The notes beneath the pieces were generated by a model that saw nothing but the letters and a program-made list of their open reading frames with translations, had not been told where the DNA came from and searched no databases. Made by a program: the position numbers and the translations under genes. From Fidelibacterota bacterium (GTDB lineage: Bacteria; Fidelibacterota; UBA2242; JAOZSR01), in the NCBI GenBank assembly GCA_029939575.1, contig JAOZSR010000003.1:8981-72980 (forward strand): a stretch of DNA of 64,000 nucleotides. Direction: 5' to 3'. How positions within the stretch are numbered: position 1 is the stretch's first letter; each line of letters opens with the position of its first letter. Below, one piece after another: positions 1 to 11,000 of the stretch.

Positions 1-1326
1 ATATCCTGCTCCATAACATACTGCCCTAACCACAACTCCCGGATTTTGTCCCCTCTGACCTGCTGTTATTAAAGGATTAATTGTTATTGTGGCTGGTGAT
101 TGACTGATAATTGCATTAGTTGAGGTTTTCGGATTTGAGCCATCAAGAGTATATTTTATTTTAAGGTTTTCAGGAGAATTAATCACAAGTTCAAAAGTTG
201 ATTCATAAAATCCCCTGGTTTTAGAAAATTCCGGTTCAACCGCAAACCCCGTAATACCAGAAGTATTATTTTCACTGTTAGGAGTAGGTTCATCAAACAT
301 AACCCAATTTTCTGCTCCATCAGGTTTACGGCCATAAGATATATCTGCCGGAATTTTACCCATAACCACTTCATCCAGAAGTTCGTTCTCATTATTGGTT
401 AAGAAAATCGTCTCGCCATTGGAGTTTATTTTGAAATTTGTATGTAAAAAGGAAGTAGATAAGTCAATTAAATTATGAGTTCCCTGAGCATTGTTTGGTA
501 CAGTTGTCATTCCAAGGGTCAAAAAAGGTATCAAAGTCATATCCGATGAATTAGTGTCAGAATTATGGATTTGAATTGCCAGGACATTTTCGCCTTGTAC
601 AAGGAAATCACCGAAATTTTCAATAGCAAATTCTTCTGGAGGTTGGCCGGATACAATCAGGGGTTCAAGATAAGTATCAGCTGATTGATCCCAGGATGGA
701 TTGGTACCGGAAATATTTTTTCTGGCGATTTCTACACCATTGATATAGGCCACAAAACCATCATCATAATCTATATGAAACATGGCACCTGTTATATTAT
801 TAATATTTTCTATCTGAAAAATTTTCCGTGCGTAAACAGATATAGTATTTTCAGGGATTTCGGTAGCATCATCGTCGTCTCCATATCCGATTCCGGTTGG
901 GCCGCTATTCCATTCTGAATCATCAAAATCGATAGATTTCCAGTCTCCTGATACTTCAGAATTATTTACCCGAAATGTCCAGATATCGCCCCATGTAATA
1001 ATTGTTTCCCAATGATTTGTGTTTTGACGATCTTTTGAGGATGCGAAAATCAATAAATAGTCATTGGGTTCTATTGTAATATTTGGAAAAGTCCATTTTG
1101 ATAAATCGCTTTCATCGTCAGAAATTCCAAATCCTTCCAGGTTTACAGGGGAATCATTATTGTTAAAAAGTTCAATCCAATCCGAAAAATCACCGTCTTC
1201 ATCCTGAATCCTATTATTATTCATAGACATGATTTCATTAATTTTGATCGTTCCTGAAAATAAAGTATGGCATAAAACTAACAGAATTAGAATTATGAGG
1301 TTGATAGGTTTTTTATTTTTTTCCAT
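1..1326 (-). CDS. Partial secreted lamin-tail-domain (LTD) protein. The N-terminus is in the window (ATG at 1326) and the C-terminus lies beyond position 1.
   Basis: The six-frame track omits this ORF because it has no in-window stop. The reverse strand reads open from 1326 to 1, and I verified the frame at several points. It opens with a signal peptide (MEKNKKPINLIILILLVLC). An LTD-like core follows (TIKINEIMSMNNNRIQDEDGDFSDWIELFNNNDSPVNLEGFGISDD...). A second LTD-like tail follows (ETIFLTNNENELLDEVVMGKIPADISYGRKPDGAENW). Confidence 0.55.
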   Translation of the reverse strand, partial: MEKNKKPINLIILILLVLCHTLFSGTIKINEIMSMNNNRIQDEDGDFSDWIELFNNNDSPVNLEGFGISDDESDLSKWTFPNITIEPNDYLLIFASSKDRQNTNHWETIITWGDIWTFRVNNSEVSGDWKSIDFDDSEWNSGPTGIGYGDDDDATEIPENTISVYARKIFQIENINNITGAMFHIDYDDGFVAYINGVEIARKNISGTNPSWDQSADTYLEPLIVSGQPPEEFAIENFGDFLVQGENVLAIQIHNSDTNSSDMTLIPFLTLGMTTVPNNAQGTHNLIDLSTSFLHTNFKINSNGETIFLTNNENELLDEVVMGKIPADISYGRKPDGAENWVMFDEPTPNSENNTSGITGFAVEPEFSKTRGFYESTFELVINSPENLKIKYTLDGSNPKTSTNAIISQSPATITINPLITAGQRGQNPGVVVRAVCYGAGY

Positions 1327-1537
1327 TTTTCCTTTTCTATTTAAAGAGTAAACATTATCGTTAAATATATGTATTGAAACACAAAGTAACAATTTTATTT
1401 TCAGGGATTATTGTCTTGTAATATTCAGAAGAAATTATAATTATTTATATCTCAATATTACACTTTTCCCAAAAAATATTTTTTCTTTTTTTAAATGAAT
1501 ATTATCTTCTATATTTATATGATATTTTATATTAAGA

Positions 1538-1710
1538 TGATTTGGGGAAACTCGTGAAAATCGAGTACAGTCGCGCTACTGTAATCGGCACCAATTCCGG
1601 AATTTTGCCACTGAACTAATAATAGTTTGGGAAGGCTCTGGAAAAGATTAAGTCGTAAGTCAGGATACCCATAAAACAATAAACCTTCGCAGAAAAGGGA
1701 GTTTTTTTGA
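1538..1710 (+). ncRNA. Cobalamin (B12) riboswitch in the 5' leader of a TonB-dependent receptor gene
   Basis: B12-box GCCACTG at 1607-1613. Conserved core GGGGAAACTCGTGAAAATCGAGTACAGTCGCGCTACTGTAATCGGCACC. Motif AGTCAGGATACC at 1658-1669. U-run at 1701-1709 ahead of the ATG at 1784. Confidence 0.7.
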
Positions 1711-1783
1711 ATATACCACTACCTAACAATCAAATTTTTACCAAATTTCTTATAAATAAATAATTCATATATATTAAATCCTT

Positions 1784-3898
1784 ATGGCTAATAAAAATAA
1801 ATATTTTATTTTCATGATTTTTGTTCTTATTTTAATATTTCCTCATTTTTCTTTTTCAAATATTCATTATTGGAGTGGGAAAATAATTCAATCTAATCTT
1901 GAACCATTATCAAATACATATATTCATAATTTAAATTCTGATATCTGGATAATAGCTGATAATAGAGGTGATTTTTTTCTTAATAAGGATTTCTCTGAAG
2001 ATGATACTATTATTTTTACTCATATTGGTTATAAACCAGTCAGAATTATTTTATCTTCAAAACAAAAATTCTTCACAGTTATTATGCAACAAGATACAAT
2101 TAACATGGAAAGCGTAACAATTACCGGGTCCGGTTCATTTCATCAATTATCTGGCGGATTCTCTAAGGAAGTTCAGAATATTTCAAAATCACAGTCCATG
2201 GGTGATCTCGAAAACTCCCGATTATTACAGGGAATACCCGGATTGTCGATAAAAGGATATGGTGGCCCCGCTGGAATCTCCACAATTAGTTTGGATGGAG
2301 GTTCGGCTGCGCATACTAAAATTTTAATTGCCGGATTTGATTTAACGAATCCACAAAATGGACAAATGGATATATCCCAAATCCCAGCCCCTTTTGTGGA
2401 AAAAATCAGCTATTATATAAATGGAATAAATCAGCATGGTTCCGGCACTGTTGATGGAGTAATCTCTCTAAATCCATGGCAAAAAAACAATTGTGTCTCT
2501 TTTTCTTTGGGAAATTATGGTCATACAGGAAGTTATGTAACCTTAAGTAAAACCTTTAAAAAAACAACTATAGATTTACTTACAGGTTTTCGGAGAGATG
2601 AAGGAAATTACAAATATTTATCTTATACCGACGATAAAATTCATTATCGTAAAAATAATGATTTTAAACAGAATTATTTTTCTGCCAGGGTTACCAGAAT
2701 TTTTTCTAACCACTTATTTTCGAAATTTTTTTATTTAGATTCTTCCCAGGAACGTGGTGTAGCAGGCCCTTTTTGGGGCATTATTGATACATTGTCATTT
2801 CGGCAAGATCGCTTATATACTTTAGGATTATCTCTGTACTGGATAAATCCAAAAAGTAAAGGATCTTTTGAGATTGTAACCCGAAATTCTGATGAAGAAT
2901 ATTCAAATCCATATTTTTTTATAAATAGTCAGCATAAGCTTAAATCTATTCAATTAATTTTCAATCATGAAATCAGAGTCACTGATTATTTTAATTTTAA
3001 ATTACAGGGAAAAAGTAAGAATGATCATTTAGAAAGCCGAGATACAGGTTCACACTCAAGAAATACTTATACAGGTTCTCTGTTACTTGATTATTCTCCT
3101 TTCCCATTTATGCAAATTTTACCGACGTTGCATTTTGAGAAGTCCCCTAATCTCTTTGATGTTTTGACTTATGAAACATGTATTACACTTGCCCCAAAAT
3201 ATTTTCTGATAGATGAAATTACTCTCCAATATGCTTCCCAATTCAGATATCCGTCTTTTAATGAACTTTTTTGGCAACCAGGTGGGAATCCAAATCTAAA
3301 GCAAGAAAATACGGATTCCTGGGTGGGTTTAATTGGTTTTAAAATACACAATTTGATTAATTTAAAAATCCAGGGGTATTATAAACAAAGTGACAATTTA
3401 ATTCTATGGATGCCACAATCAGCCTACTGGACACCAAAGAATATAAAAAAATCCAATAGAAAGGGGTATAAGACTACTCTTGCATGGGAATATCCTGACT
3501 TTAGATTAGCAGGATCTCTGTATTATGCCAGGAATATTTCTCAAAATCTTCAGCCGGGTTATAATTATAATAAACCACTTCGGTATTCTCCATTTAACAC
3601 TGCTTCATTCAGTTCAAAATGGAATCCTGATTTGCTGGAGTTCTTTTTCCAGGCCCATTATACCGGGGAAAAAATTGTTATGTACGGATATAATCCACAG
3701 GATAAAGAAAATGAAGATGATGTACTCAAACCCTATTTATCATTATCAATAAGTATTGGTTATCATTTTGAAACCAAACATCTGGAAATTGTTCCGGTTT
3801 TCACTATTGACAATTTTACAGATAAATATTATGAAACAATAAAAGGTTATCCCGAACCAGGAAGATCTTTTAGAATTACAGTAAATTTTAACTTTTAA
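1784..3898 (+). CDS. TonB-dependent outer-membrane receptor, BtuB-like, under a B12 riboswitch
   Basis: Signal peptide. Plug domain (SVTITGSGSF...LLQGIPGLSIKGYGGPAGISTISLDGGSAAHTKILIAG). Long beta-barrel ending in the aromatic terminal residue (...RITVNFNF). Sits immediately downstream of the cobalamin riboswitch. Confidence 0.7.
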   Translation: MANKNKYFIFMIFVLILIFPHFSFSNIHYWSGKIIQSNLEPLSNTYIHNLNSDIWIIADNRGDFFLNKDFSEDDTIIFTHIGYKPVRIILSSKQKFFTVIMQQDTINMESVTITGSGSFHQLSGGFSKEVQNISKSQSMGDLENSRLLQGIPGLSIKGYGGPAGISTISLDGGSAAHTKILIAGFDLTNPQNGQMDISQIPAPFVEKISYYINGINQHGSGTVDGVISLNPWQKNNCVSFSLGNYGHTGSYVTLSKTFKKTTIDLLTGFRRDEGNYKYLSYTDDKIHYRKNNDFKQNYFSARVTRIFSNHLFSKFFYLDSSQERGVAGPFWGIIDTLSFRQDRLYTLGLSLYWINPKSKGSFEIVTRNSDEEYSNPYFFINSQHKLKSIQLIFNHEIRVTDYFNFKLQGKSKNDHLESRDTGSHSRNTYTGSLLLDYSPFPFMQILPTLHFEKSPNLFDVLTYETCITLAPKYFLIDEITLQYASQFRYPSFNELFWQPGGNPNLKQENTDSWVGLIGFKIHNLINLKIQGYYKQSDNLILWMPQSAYWTPKNIKKSNRKGYKTTLAWEYPDFRLAGSLYYARNISQNLQPGYNYNKPLRYSPFNTASFSSKWNPDLLEFFFQAHYTGEKIVMYGYNPQDKENEDDVLKPYLSLSISIGYHFETKHLEIVPVFTIDNFTDKYYETIKGYPEPGRSFRITVNFNF

Positions 3899-3913
3899 TC
3901 GGAGGGAATTTCC

Positions 3914-5221
3914 ATGAAAAGATTGTTTCCAATAATTATTTTTTTAAGTTGTATTTTGCAGGGAGAAACTAAAGTTTTTGTTCTTTGTGAAGGTAATTTT
4001 AATACTTCAACTGCTGCTCTCTGGCAGTTTGATGATTCCTTTGCTGATATTAATGGCCCTGTTTTTTGGAATACATCTGATAATCCATTGGGTGATACTG
4101 GTCAATCATTGACAATTTTTGGCAATTATCTTTATATTGTAGTTAATAACTCACATACTATTGAGATTTTGGATATATCTAATAATGATCCCGTTTTTCA
4201 TAAAACAATATTGGTACCTAATGCCTCACCAAGGGATATTTGTGTTTATGAAAATAAAGCATATATTAGTTGCTGGCTACTAAGCAGCATTTTGGAATAT
4301 GATTTAAATTCAGAAACTTTTACAGATACAATTCAAACTCCAGGCAAACCAGAAGACGTTCTGTTGTATAATGGTAAATTATATAGTTCAATTATTGAAG
4401 AATCGGGTTCCTGGGACAAAGATAACAAAGTTGTGGAAATTGATTTGGAATCTGATTCCAATGAGATAACAAATACATATGAGGTTCTGCCCGGGCCCAA
4501 TCAAATGGCGATTAATAATAATGAACTTTTTGTAACCTGTACCCATTTTAATGAAAACTGGCAAGCAATGACCGGAACCTCAAAGATTGATTTATCTTCC
4601 GGTGTCGTAACAAGTGTTTCCCATGGTACAACTAAAAATTCGGGAGCGGATATTTGTTATTACAATAATTCTATTTTTAGGACATTAGATTCTATGATTG
4701 TTGAATTAGATGATGGCTTGGAGCCATTATCTGAAAGTGCTATTTCCAATTTTGGTTCACAGAATATTTATTCTATGGCAATGAATGATGACCATATTTT
4801 TGTGGGATTGACTGATGATTTTCAGGCACCGGATGATTTGATGGTCTTGGATATGGGAGGGAATATAGTTAAACAGTATTCAGTTAGTGCTCTGCCCGGC
4901 AGTTTTGGTTTCTTTACAAATGAGAGTTTAATAAAAGAAGACCTGGCAAAATTTTCACCACATGTATTTCTCCATGATAATTATCCTAATCCTTTTAATC
5001 CGAAAACCAATATTTCATTTTCTATTCAGGAAAAATCATTTATTGAAATTAAAATATTTGATATATCAGGTCGTGAATTGGAAACCCTTGCCAGTGAAGA
5101 TTTTTTACCAGGTGTACATTTAATTCAATGGAATGGAGCAAAATATGCTTCAGGTTGTTATTTTTATCAAATAAAGTCAGAAAATTTTTCTAAATGTAAA
5201 AAAATGGTATTGCTCAAATAA
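3914..5221 (+). CDS. Beta-propeller-like surface protein with a T9SS C-terminal sorting domain, co-operonic with the BtuB-like receptor. Possibly a BtuG-like B12-capture protein.
   Basis: RBS GGAGGG 7 nt upstream of the ATG. Signal peptide. N-terminal FVLCEGNFN motif typical of YncE/BtuG-type propellers. C-terminal NYPNPFNPKTNISFSI...YFYQIKSENFSKCKKMVLLK. Confidence 0.6.
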   Translation: MKRLFPIIIFLSCILQGETKVFVLCEGNFNTSTAALWQFDDSFADINGPVFWNTSDNPLGDTGQSLTIFGNYLYIVVNNSHTIEILDISNNDPVFHKTILVPNASPRDICVYENKAYISCWLLSSILEYDLNSETFTDTIQTPGKPEDVLLYNGKLYSSIIEESGSWDKDNKVVEIDLESDSNEITNTYEVLPGPNQMAINNNELFVTCTHFNENWQAMTGTSKIDLSSGVVTSVSHGTTKNSGADICYYNNSIFRTLDSMIVELDDGLEPLSESAISNFGSQNIYSMAMNDDHIFVGLTDDFQAPDDLMVLDMGGNIVKQYSVSALPGSFGFFTNESLIKEDLAKFSPHVFLHDNYPNPFNPKTNISFSIQEKSFIEIKIFDISGRELETLASEDFLPGVHLIQWNGAKYASGCYFYQIKSENFSKCKKMVLLK

Positions 5222-5349
5222 TTTTTTTATTTTTTTAAAATCCATATTTAAAAATAATCAGGAAAATCTACTAATCAGGAGGTGGATTTTTGTATTAGTA
5301 TTTATTTTTGAATTAAAGTATGTTTGCAGGGAAAATATTTTGGAGAAAA

Positions 5350-6087
5350 ATGTTCACAAAAGAAAAAATAGTACAATTTAAAGATATTGGGAAAATAGTT
5401 CTAAAAAACCACACAAAAGCTAAAAATATCAAAATTTCTGTAGCATTCGGAAAAAATGTTCTGGTAACTGTCCCGGAAAGAGTTAGTTTTAAACAAGCAA
5501 TCCGGTTTGTCAATTCAAAAAAAGAATGGATAAAAAAATCCCTGGTGAAAATTAGAGAGCACAGGGAAAAAGGGATGATATTTACTAATAACAAGCCAAT
5601 TTGTACCAGGTTTCATAAAATGAAATTAATACCAATAGATGAAAATATAATTCATTTTTCTATTAAACCGGGAATTGTTGAATTTCGCTATCCAAATAAT
5701 ATTGATATTGCTGATAATATTATCCAGGATGGAATAAAATATACATTACGTGAAACTTATCGGATTGAAGCTAAACAAATCTTACCTGCGAAATTACAAG
5801 CCCTGGCAGTGAAATTTGGTTTTTCATACAATCGCCTTTTCATTAAAGCCCAGAAATCAGTATGGGGAAGTTGTTCAAGTAATAGGAATATCAACCTAAA
5901 TCTACAACTTATGAGACTTCCTGACGAATTAATAGATTATGTACTACTCCATGAATTGACTCATTTGAAAGTACACAAACATGGTCCGGAGTTTTGGAAT
6001 TATCTTTGTTCAATGATGCCCGATGCAAGGGATAGAAATAATAAACTTAAGCAATATAACCTCCATGATCTATTTCCAAATAATTAG
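5350..6087 (+). CDS. YgjP/DUF45-family zinc metallohydrolase (M48/WLM-like, HExxH motif)
   Basis: HELTHL motif (LLHELTHLKVHKHGPEFW). N-terminal region of YgjP type (IVQFKDIGKIVLKNHTKAKNIKISV). I prefer the internal start at 5350 (GGAG 5 nt upstream) over the ORF-track start at 5320. Confidence 0.6.
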   Translation: MFTKEKIVQFKDIGKIVLKNHTKAKNIKISVAFGKNVLVTVPERVSFKQAIRFVNSKKEWIKKSLVKIREHREKGMIFTNNKPICTRFHKMKLIPIDENIIHFSIKPGIVEFRYPNNIDIADNIIQDGIKYTLRETYRIEAKQILPAKLQALAVKFGFSYNRLFIKAQKSVWGSCSSNRNINLNLQLMRLPDELIDYVLLHELTHLKVHKHGPEFWNYLCSMMPDARDRNNKLKQYNLHDLFPNN

Positions 6088-6535
6088 TTTTGGTAATCAC
6101 TGAAACTTGAATAATATTCATTTGTTTGTATTGTGATATTCATTTTAAAACAGTTTTAATGATGTATTGCACAATTGCAATGGAAAATTGTGAATCCTAT
6201 AAAATAGCATTGACTTTGAAATCAAATCAAAAATATAGAGTAAATTTTCGCATTTTATTCTCCTTTCGGATTTTATTTTGATTATTAAAATGCTCTGAAA
6301 GTAATGATTAAAAGGAATGGAGATGTCTCACAATTTAGTTGTTCTGATTGTAATTATTACTTTTGTATAATCCGGAGAATTATATCAGTCTTGCAATTTT
6401 GCAATCTATTAAAAGCATGAAAGAAATAGGTATTTGTAATGCAATTGGTGCGGCCGGTAGTAATTTAATTGTACAATTATCTATGCATTTAAAGTAATTT
6501 TATCAAATTTTGTATAATTTTACGAATTAATTGAT

Positions 6536-7159
6536 TTAATCATTAATATTGAATTCCAGTAATACATTTTCATTGTTTATAAAACATTGATTAACTTTGC
6601 TATGAGTTTGGGTAATGAATTTTTTAAGATGAGCCAGAGAAAGTGATTGGTTTTTCTTTGCATCGTTCTGAACAGATTCTACTTTTTCAATAGTAGCTAA
6701 CACCTCATTTATGGCATTGTGACAGGCAATTAAATTGTAAATATCTTGTTCTGTTATACCTACGGCGGTTAAAGAAATCATGTGGTCAGTTACCAAATCA
6801 ATATTATATGAGATTTCTTTTTGCATTAATTTGATATCTTTTGGAATTCTGGTGTTTACATGAAATTTTTGTAATATACTTTCGTTACCGATGTATACAT
6901 CTCTTGTAGCAGAACGGATTTTTTTTAATAATACTGTGCATATTTTCAGATGATTTTTTTGGATTCTATTTACAGCAATTTTTCTATTTTTTACATTTTC
7001 GAGTAATAAGTGTTTTTGTGACAGGTCTTCTATAGATTCTTTAAAGGCGGTTATAAAAGTATCATTAGCGCCATAATTATTTAGTTCCGGTTGATATTTT
7101 TTCAAATTATCAAGCAGAAGATAAGCAGTTTGAATAGTTTTTGCAATTTTTGGTTCCAT
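6536..7159 (-). CDS. Hypothetical protein, 207 aa, no recognisable domain
   Basis: Clean ORF with AT-rich spacers >400 bp on both sides. No motif recognised. Confidence 0.45.
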   Translation of the reverse strand: MEPKIAKTIQTAYLLLDNLKKYQPELNNYGANDTFITAFKESIEDLSQKHLLLENVKNRKIAVNRIQKNHLKICTVLLKKIRSATRDVYIGNESILQKFHVNTRIPKDIKLMQKEISYNIDLVTDHMISLTAVGITEQDIYNLIACHNAINEVLATIEKVESVQNDAKKNQSLSLAHLKKFITQTHSKVNQCFINNENVLLEFNIND

Positions 7160-8060
7160 GATTGGTCCTTGTTATAGATTGTGATTAGATAAATGTTCAA
7201 GTATATTTGATAAATATCTCAGTAAAATTCTCCTTTTTCCGGGCAATGTCGAATTCCGGGATTTTTAAAATAAACATACTTTTACATATTAAAATACATA
7301 ATTTAACAAATAAGTGAGTTTAAAATCGCTATTTGTTGTGTTTTATTTCGAGGATTTTTTTAAAAACTAAAGAGTGGGAGACCCTTTATAAGTTTAAATG
7401 AGTAAAGAGTATTTAGGAAATCCACGAAATTAAACTTAATTATATGATTGAATAAAACACAAAACATATTTAAAATATAATTGATGGAATCGTAAAAAGG
7501 TTTGAATCTGTCTTTCCGTCGAAAGCCAGACACAGTCTGAGGCAGTGTAGTAATGAAGAATATCGTCGATAATTATAGGAGATTCTTTATTACTACCTCA
7601 TTCAGAATGACATCAAATTTACTTTTTACGGAATTATTATAATTTCTTCAAAAAGCATTTTTTGTGATTTTTATCACTTTTTTGTAATCAATAAATAATT
7701 AGTAATGTTTACCATTTTATTGACAAAATCAAGACTTTTTTTTACAATTGTATAGATATATTCCGATCTTCGTCCATTTATTAGTAAACATAAAAAGGAA
7801 TGTGGTTTCAAAATCACAGATATTAATTGTTTACCAACATTTTGTTTTACTACTATACTACTCTTTGGCTCAGGTTTTGCAAATTTTTGTGTTTTTGTAA
7901 AGAGGTGTGTGATGAAATGAATGAATTTCCAGACTATCCGTCATTATCAAGGTTTATTTATACAGTATTAAAAAAAGAGAAATAGGTATATATTTCCCTT
8001 TTTTGTTACCCTGATTGAGCTATTTAGATTTAACTAAAAATTACAATAGGAATTTTTTTT

Positions 8061-11000
8061 ATGAAATTATCCTTTTTAAAAGAAATATTCAGAAGCAAAT
8101 TGGGCAGATCTATTTTACTCACATTTTTTCTAATAGGTATAACGCCAATAGCAATTGTTAATACAATTAATTATCTGCATATGAGAACAATAGTTCAGAA
8201 CCAGGTTGCTGATTTACTTCAGGAATTGGCAAATAAAAGTATTATGGATATTAATTATCATTTTAATAGGTTGATATTAAACTTAAATTTGCGAGCTGAA
8301 TCGGGTGATAATGTTGAAATTTTAAAAGCTTTTACCAGGGCTTTCAAAAAAAGTAATATTAGTTTAGAGAGATTTGTTAAAAGTCCCCAATGGGCGAAAA
8401 TTTCTACAGAAAAATGTGCTGACCTGAAAGCTATTAATGAGGGAAAAGGGTATTATGATATTTTTCTGATAGATACTGAAGGTAATATCCTGTTTTCAAT
8501 TAAAAAAGAAAGTGATTTGGGTACAAATCTGTTTAATGGTAAATATTCCCAAACCAAATTTTCAAAAGCATGTAAAAAAGTGTTTAACACCGGTAAACCG
8601 GCTTATTCTGACCTGGAATTTTATGAGCCTTCAGGAAATGAGCCAGTCGGATTTGTTATTGACATTATGTATGATGATTTGGGAAACAGAATAGGTTTTA
8701 TTGCCTTTCAGATTGATATAGAACAATTAAATAACTTTGTACAATATGAAAGTGGACGTTATTCCAGTTTTGATACATACTTACTGGGGACAGATTTGAA
8801 AATGAGGTCAAATTCTCTTCTTGATTCGGTAGATAATATCTTGAAATACAAGGTATCAAATACTCTGACACAGCAATTTGAAAAGGAATTTCAAACTCAA
8901 CCTGAACAGATATTCGAAAAAACAGAAGCTCTTTTTTATAATGGAAGAAAGGGGTATAAGGTATTGGGAATTTATAGTTATCTGGAAATAACAGGAATTC
9001 CATTTATACTAATTTCCGAAATTAAAAAATCTGAGATATTTTATGATCTAAATAATATAAAGTTATTTTTTATTGCCAGTCTGGGCATGATTATAATTTT
9101 TATTTTTTTTCTTACAATTTATCAGATAAAAACAATAGTTATTCCAATTATCAAACTATCTGATTGGGCTAAGAGAGTGGCTATCGGTGATTTAACAAAG
9201 GAGAAAATTTTATCGCCTAAAAATGAAATTGGAGAAATGGCAAACAGTTTTGATATGGTAGTTGATTCTTTCTGGGCTATTTCACAGGTCTGTCAGGATA
9301 TTGCACTTGGAGATTTTAAATCAAATCTAGAAATACGTAGTGATAAAGATGATTTAAGCAGATATGTAAACCAAATGTCTGAAATGCTTCAGGATGCTAT
9401 ATTACAGGCTCACAAAATAGCCTGGGGAGATTACGACACTGATGTTAAAATACGGTCTGAGAATGACCAACTTGGTAAAGCTCTGGAGCAAATGACCATT
9501 ACTCTTAAAAATGCTTCAATAGAAACAAAATCTAAATTGGAATATCTCAATAATATTCCAACGCCATTTTTTGTGATTGATAAAGAATACAATGTTTTAT
9601 TCATAACAGAGTTCGGAGCAGATTTTATTGGGAAACCAATAGAAAAATGTGTTGAACAGAAATGTTATAATCTTTTCAATACCGGATTGTGTCATAGTGA
9701 AAAATGTCCTGCAAAGCAGGCGATGGATCAAAATTCGGTGATTATTGCTGATACTATTTCATGTCCTTTTGCAGAAAAAGTTATTTCAATCCGTTCTACT
9801 GCAGCGCCATTAAAAGATGAAAATAATAATATAATTGGGGCAATGGAATATATGATTGACACATCTGTTGAACAAAAGGTTGCGGAAATAGCAGAACGAA
9901 TTTCTCTGGGTGACCTTGATATCAATCAAAATTTACTTGGTTCGGAAAATGATCTGGACGTTGCTCTCAAAAGAATGATAGACAGGTTTAAATCTATTAC
10001 AAATGCGACAAAAAAAATTGTGGCAGGGGATTATAATTTTAAGATTAAAGAAAATAGTTACAAAGATGAACTGGCAAGATCAATTAACCAGATGGCAGAT
10101 ACTCTTAAAGAAAAAGACATTGGCATTAGAGAAACTATTTGGCTCAATGATGTTCAACTTGGATTGGCAGAAATTTTGGATGGTGTTAATAATTATGTAG
10201 ATATTTCCAGAGAGATCAGCAAATATTTGTGTAAGAAATTAGATGCTCAGGTAGGAGCTTTATATATTGTTAATGATAAAGAGATCAAACTCATGGGCTC
10301 TTATGCTTTCAATATTAGAAAACAAATTAATGATTCATTTAAGGTAGGTGAAGGATTATTGGGAGAAGTTGTTTTGGAAAAAGAAACAATTCTTTTGGAA
10401 AATGCACCGGAAGATTATTTTAAAATATCTTCCGGACTTGGTTCATCTTTGCCCAAAAACATAATTGTATCACCTTTTATATTTAATAATCAGGTATTAG
10501 GTGTTATTGAGTTGGGCTCGTTTAAAACATTTCCACCAAAAAGTATTAAACTCTTAAATATAATTTCAGAAACAGTAGCAGTTGAATTAGATCAGATAAG
10601 TAAGCAAAAAAAACTGCATGATTTATTGGAAAAAACTCAAATTCAGTCGGAAAAACTTCAATTACAGCAGGAAGAATTAAAATCCAGTAATGAAGAATTA
10701 CAATCTACCAATGAGCGTATTAAATTACAACAGGAAGAATTACGAATTTCCAATGAAGAATTAGAAGATAAAACAAGAAGTTTAGAAATTAATAAAAAAG
10801 AAGTCGAGAAAAAGAACAGGGCACTGGAGAGAGTAAGAGTTGAGTTAGAAAAAAAGGCCAAAGAACTGGAAACGTCCAGCAAATATAAATCGGAATTTTT
10901 GGCGAATATGTCACATGAATTGAGATCACCTCTAAATAGTCTTTTATTACTCGCAAAAGCACTAAGTAGAAATTCAACCGGGAATTTAACAGAAAAACAA

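Noticed and set aside
685-918. 77-aa + strand ORF and the 69-aa ORF at 183..392
   Set aside because: Both lie inside the longer open LTD-protein frame on the minus strand.
5246-5300. Possible terminator after the propeller gene (AAAATCCA...TGGATTTTT)
   Set aside because: It is only an 8-bp AT-rich stem with a 30-nt loop. That is too weak to call.
6317-6370. 17-codon hydrophobic micro-ORF (MEMSHNLVVLIVIITFV) after an AAAGGA
   Set aside because: It is too short and unsupported. It could be a leader peptide or small toxin, but the sequence alone gives no evidence.
7913-7985. Tiny overlapping ORFs (MK*, and MNEFPDYPSLSRFIYTVLKKEK) after AAGAGG upstream of the kinase
   Set aside because: A possible leader peptide, but there is no conservation or attenuator structure to support it.
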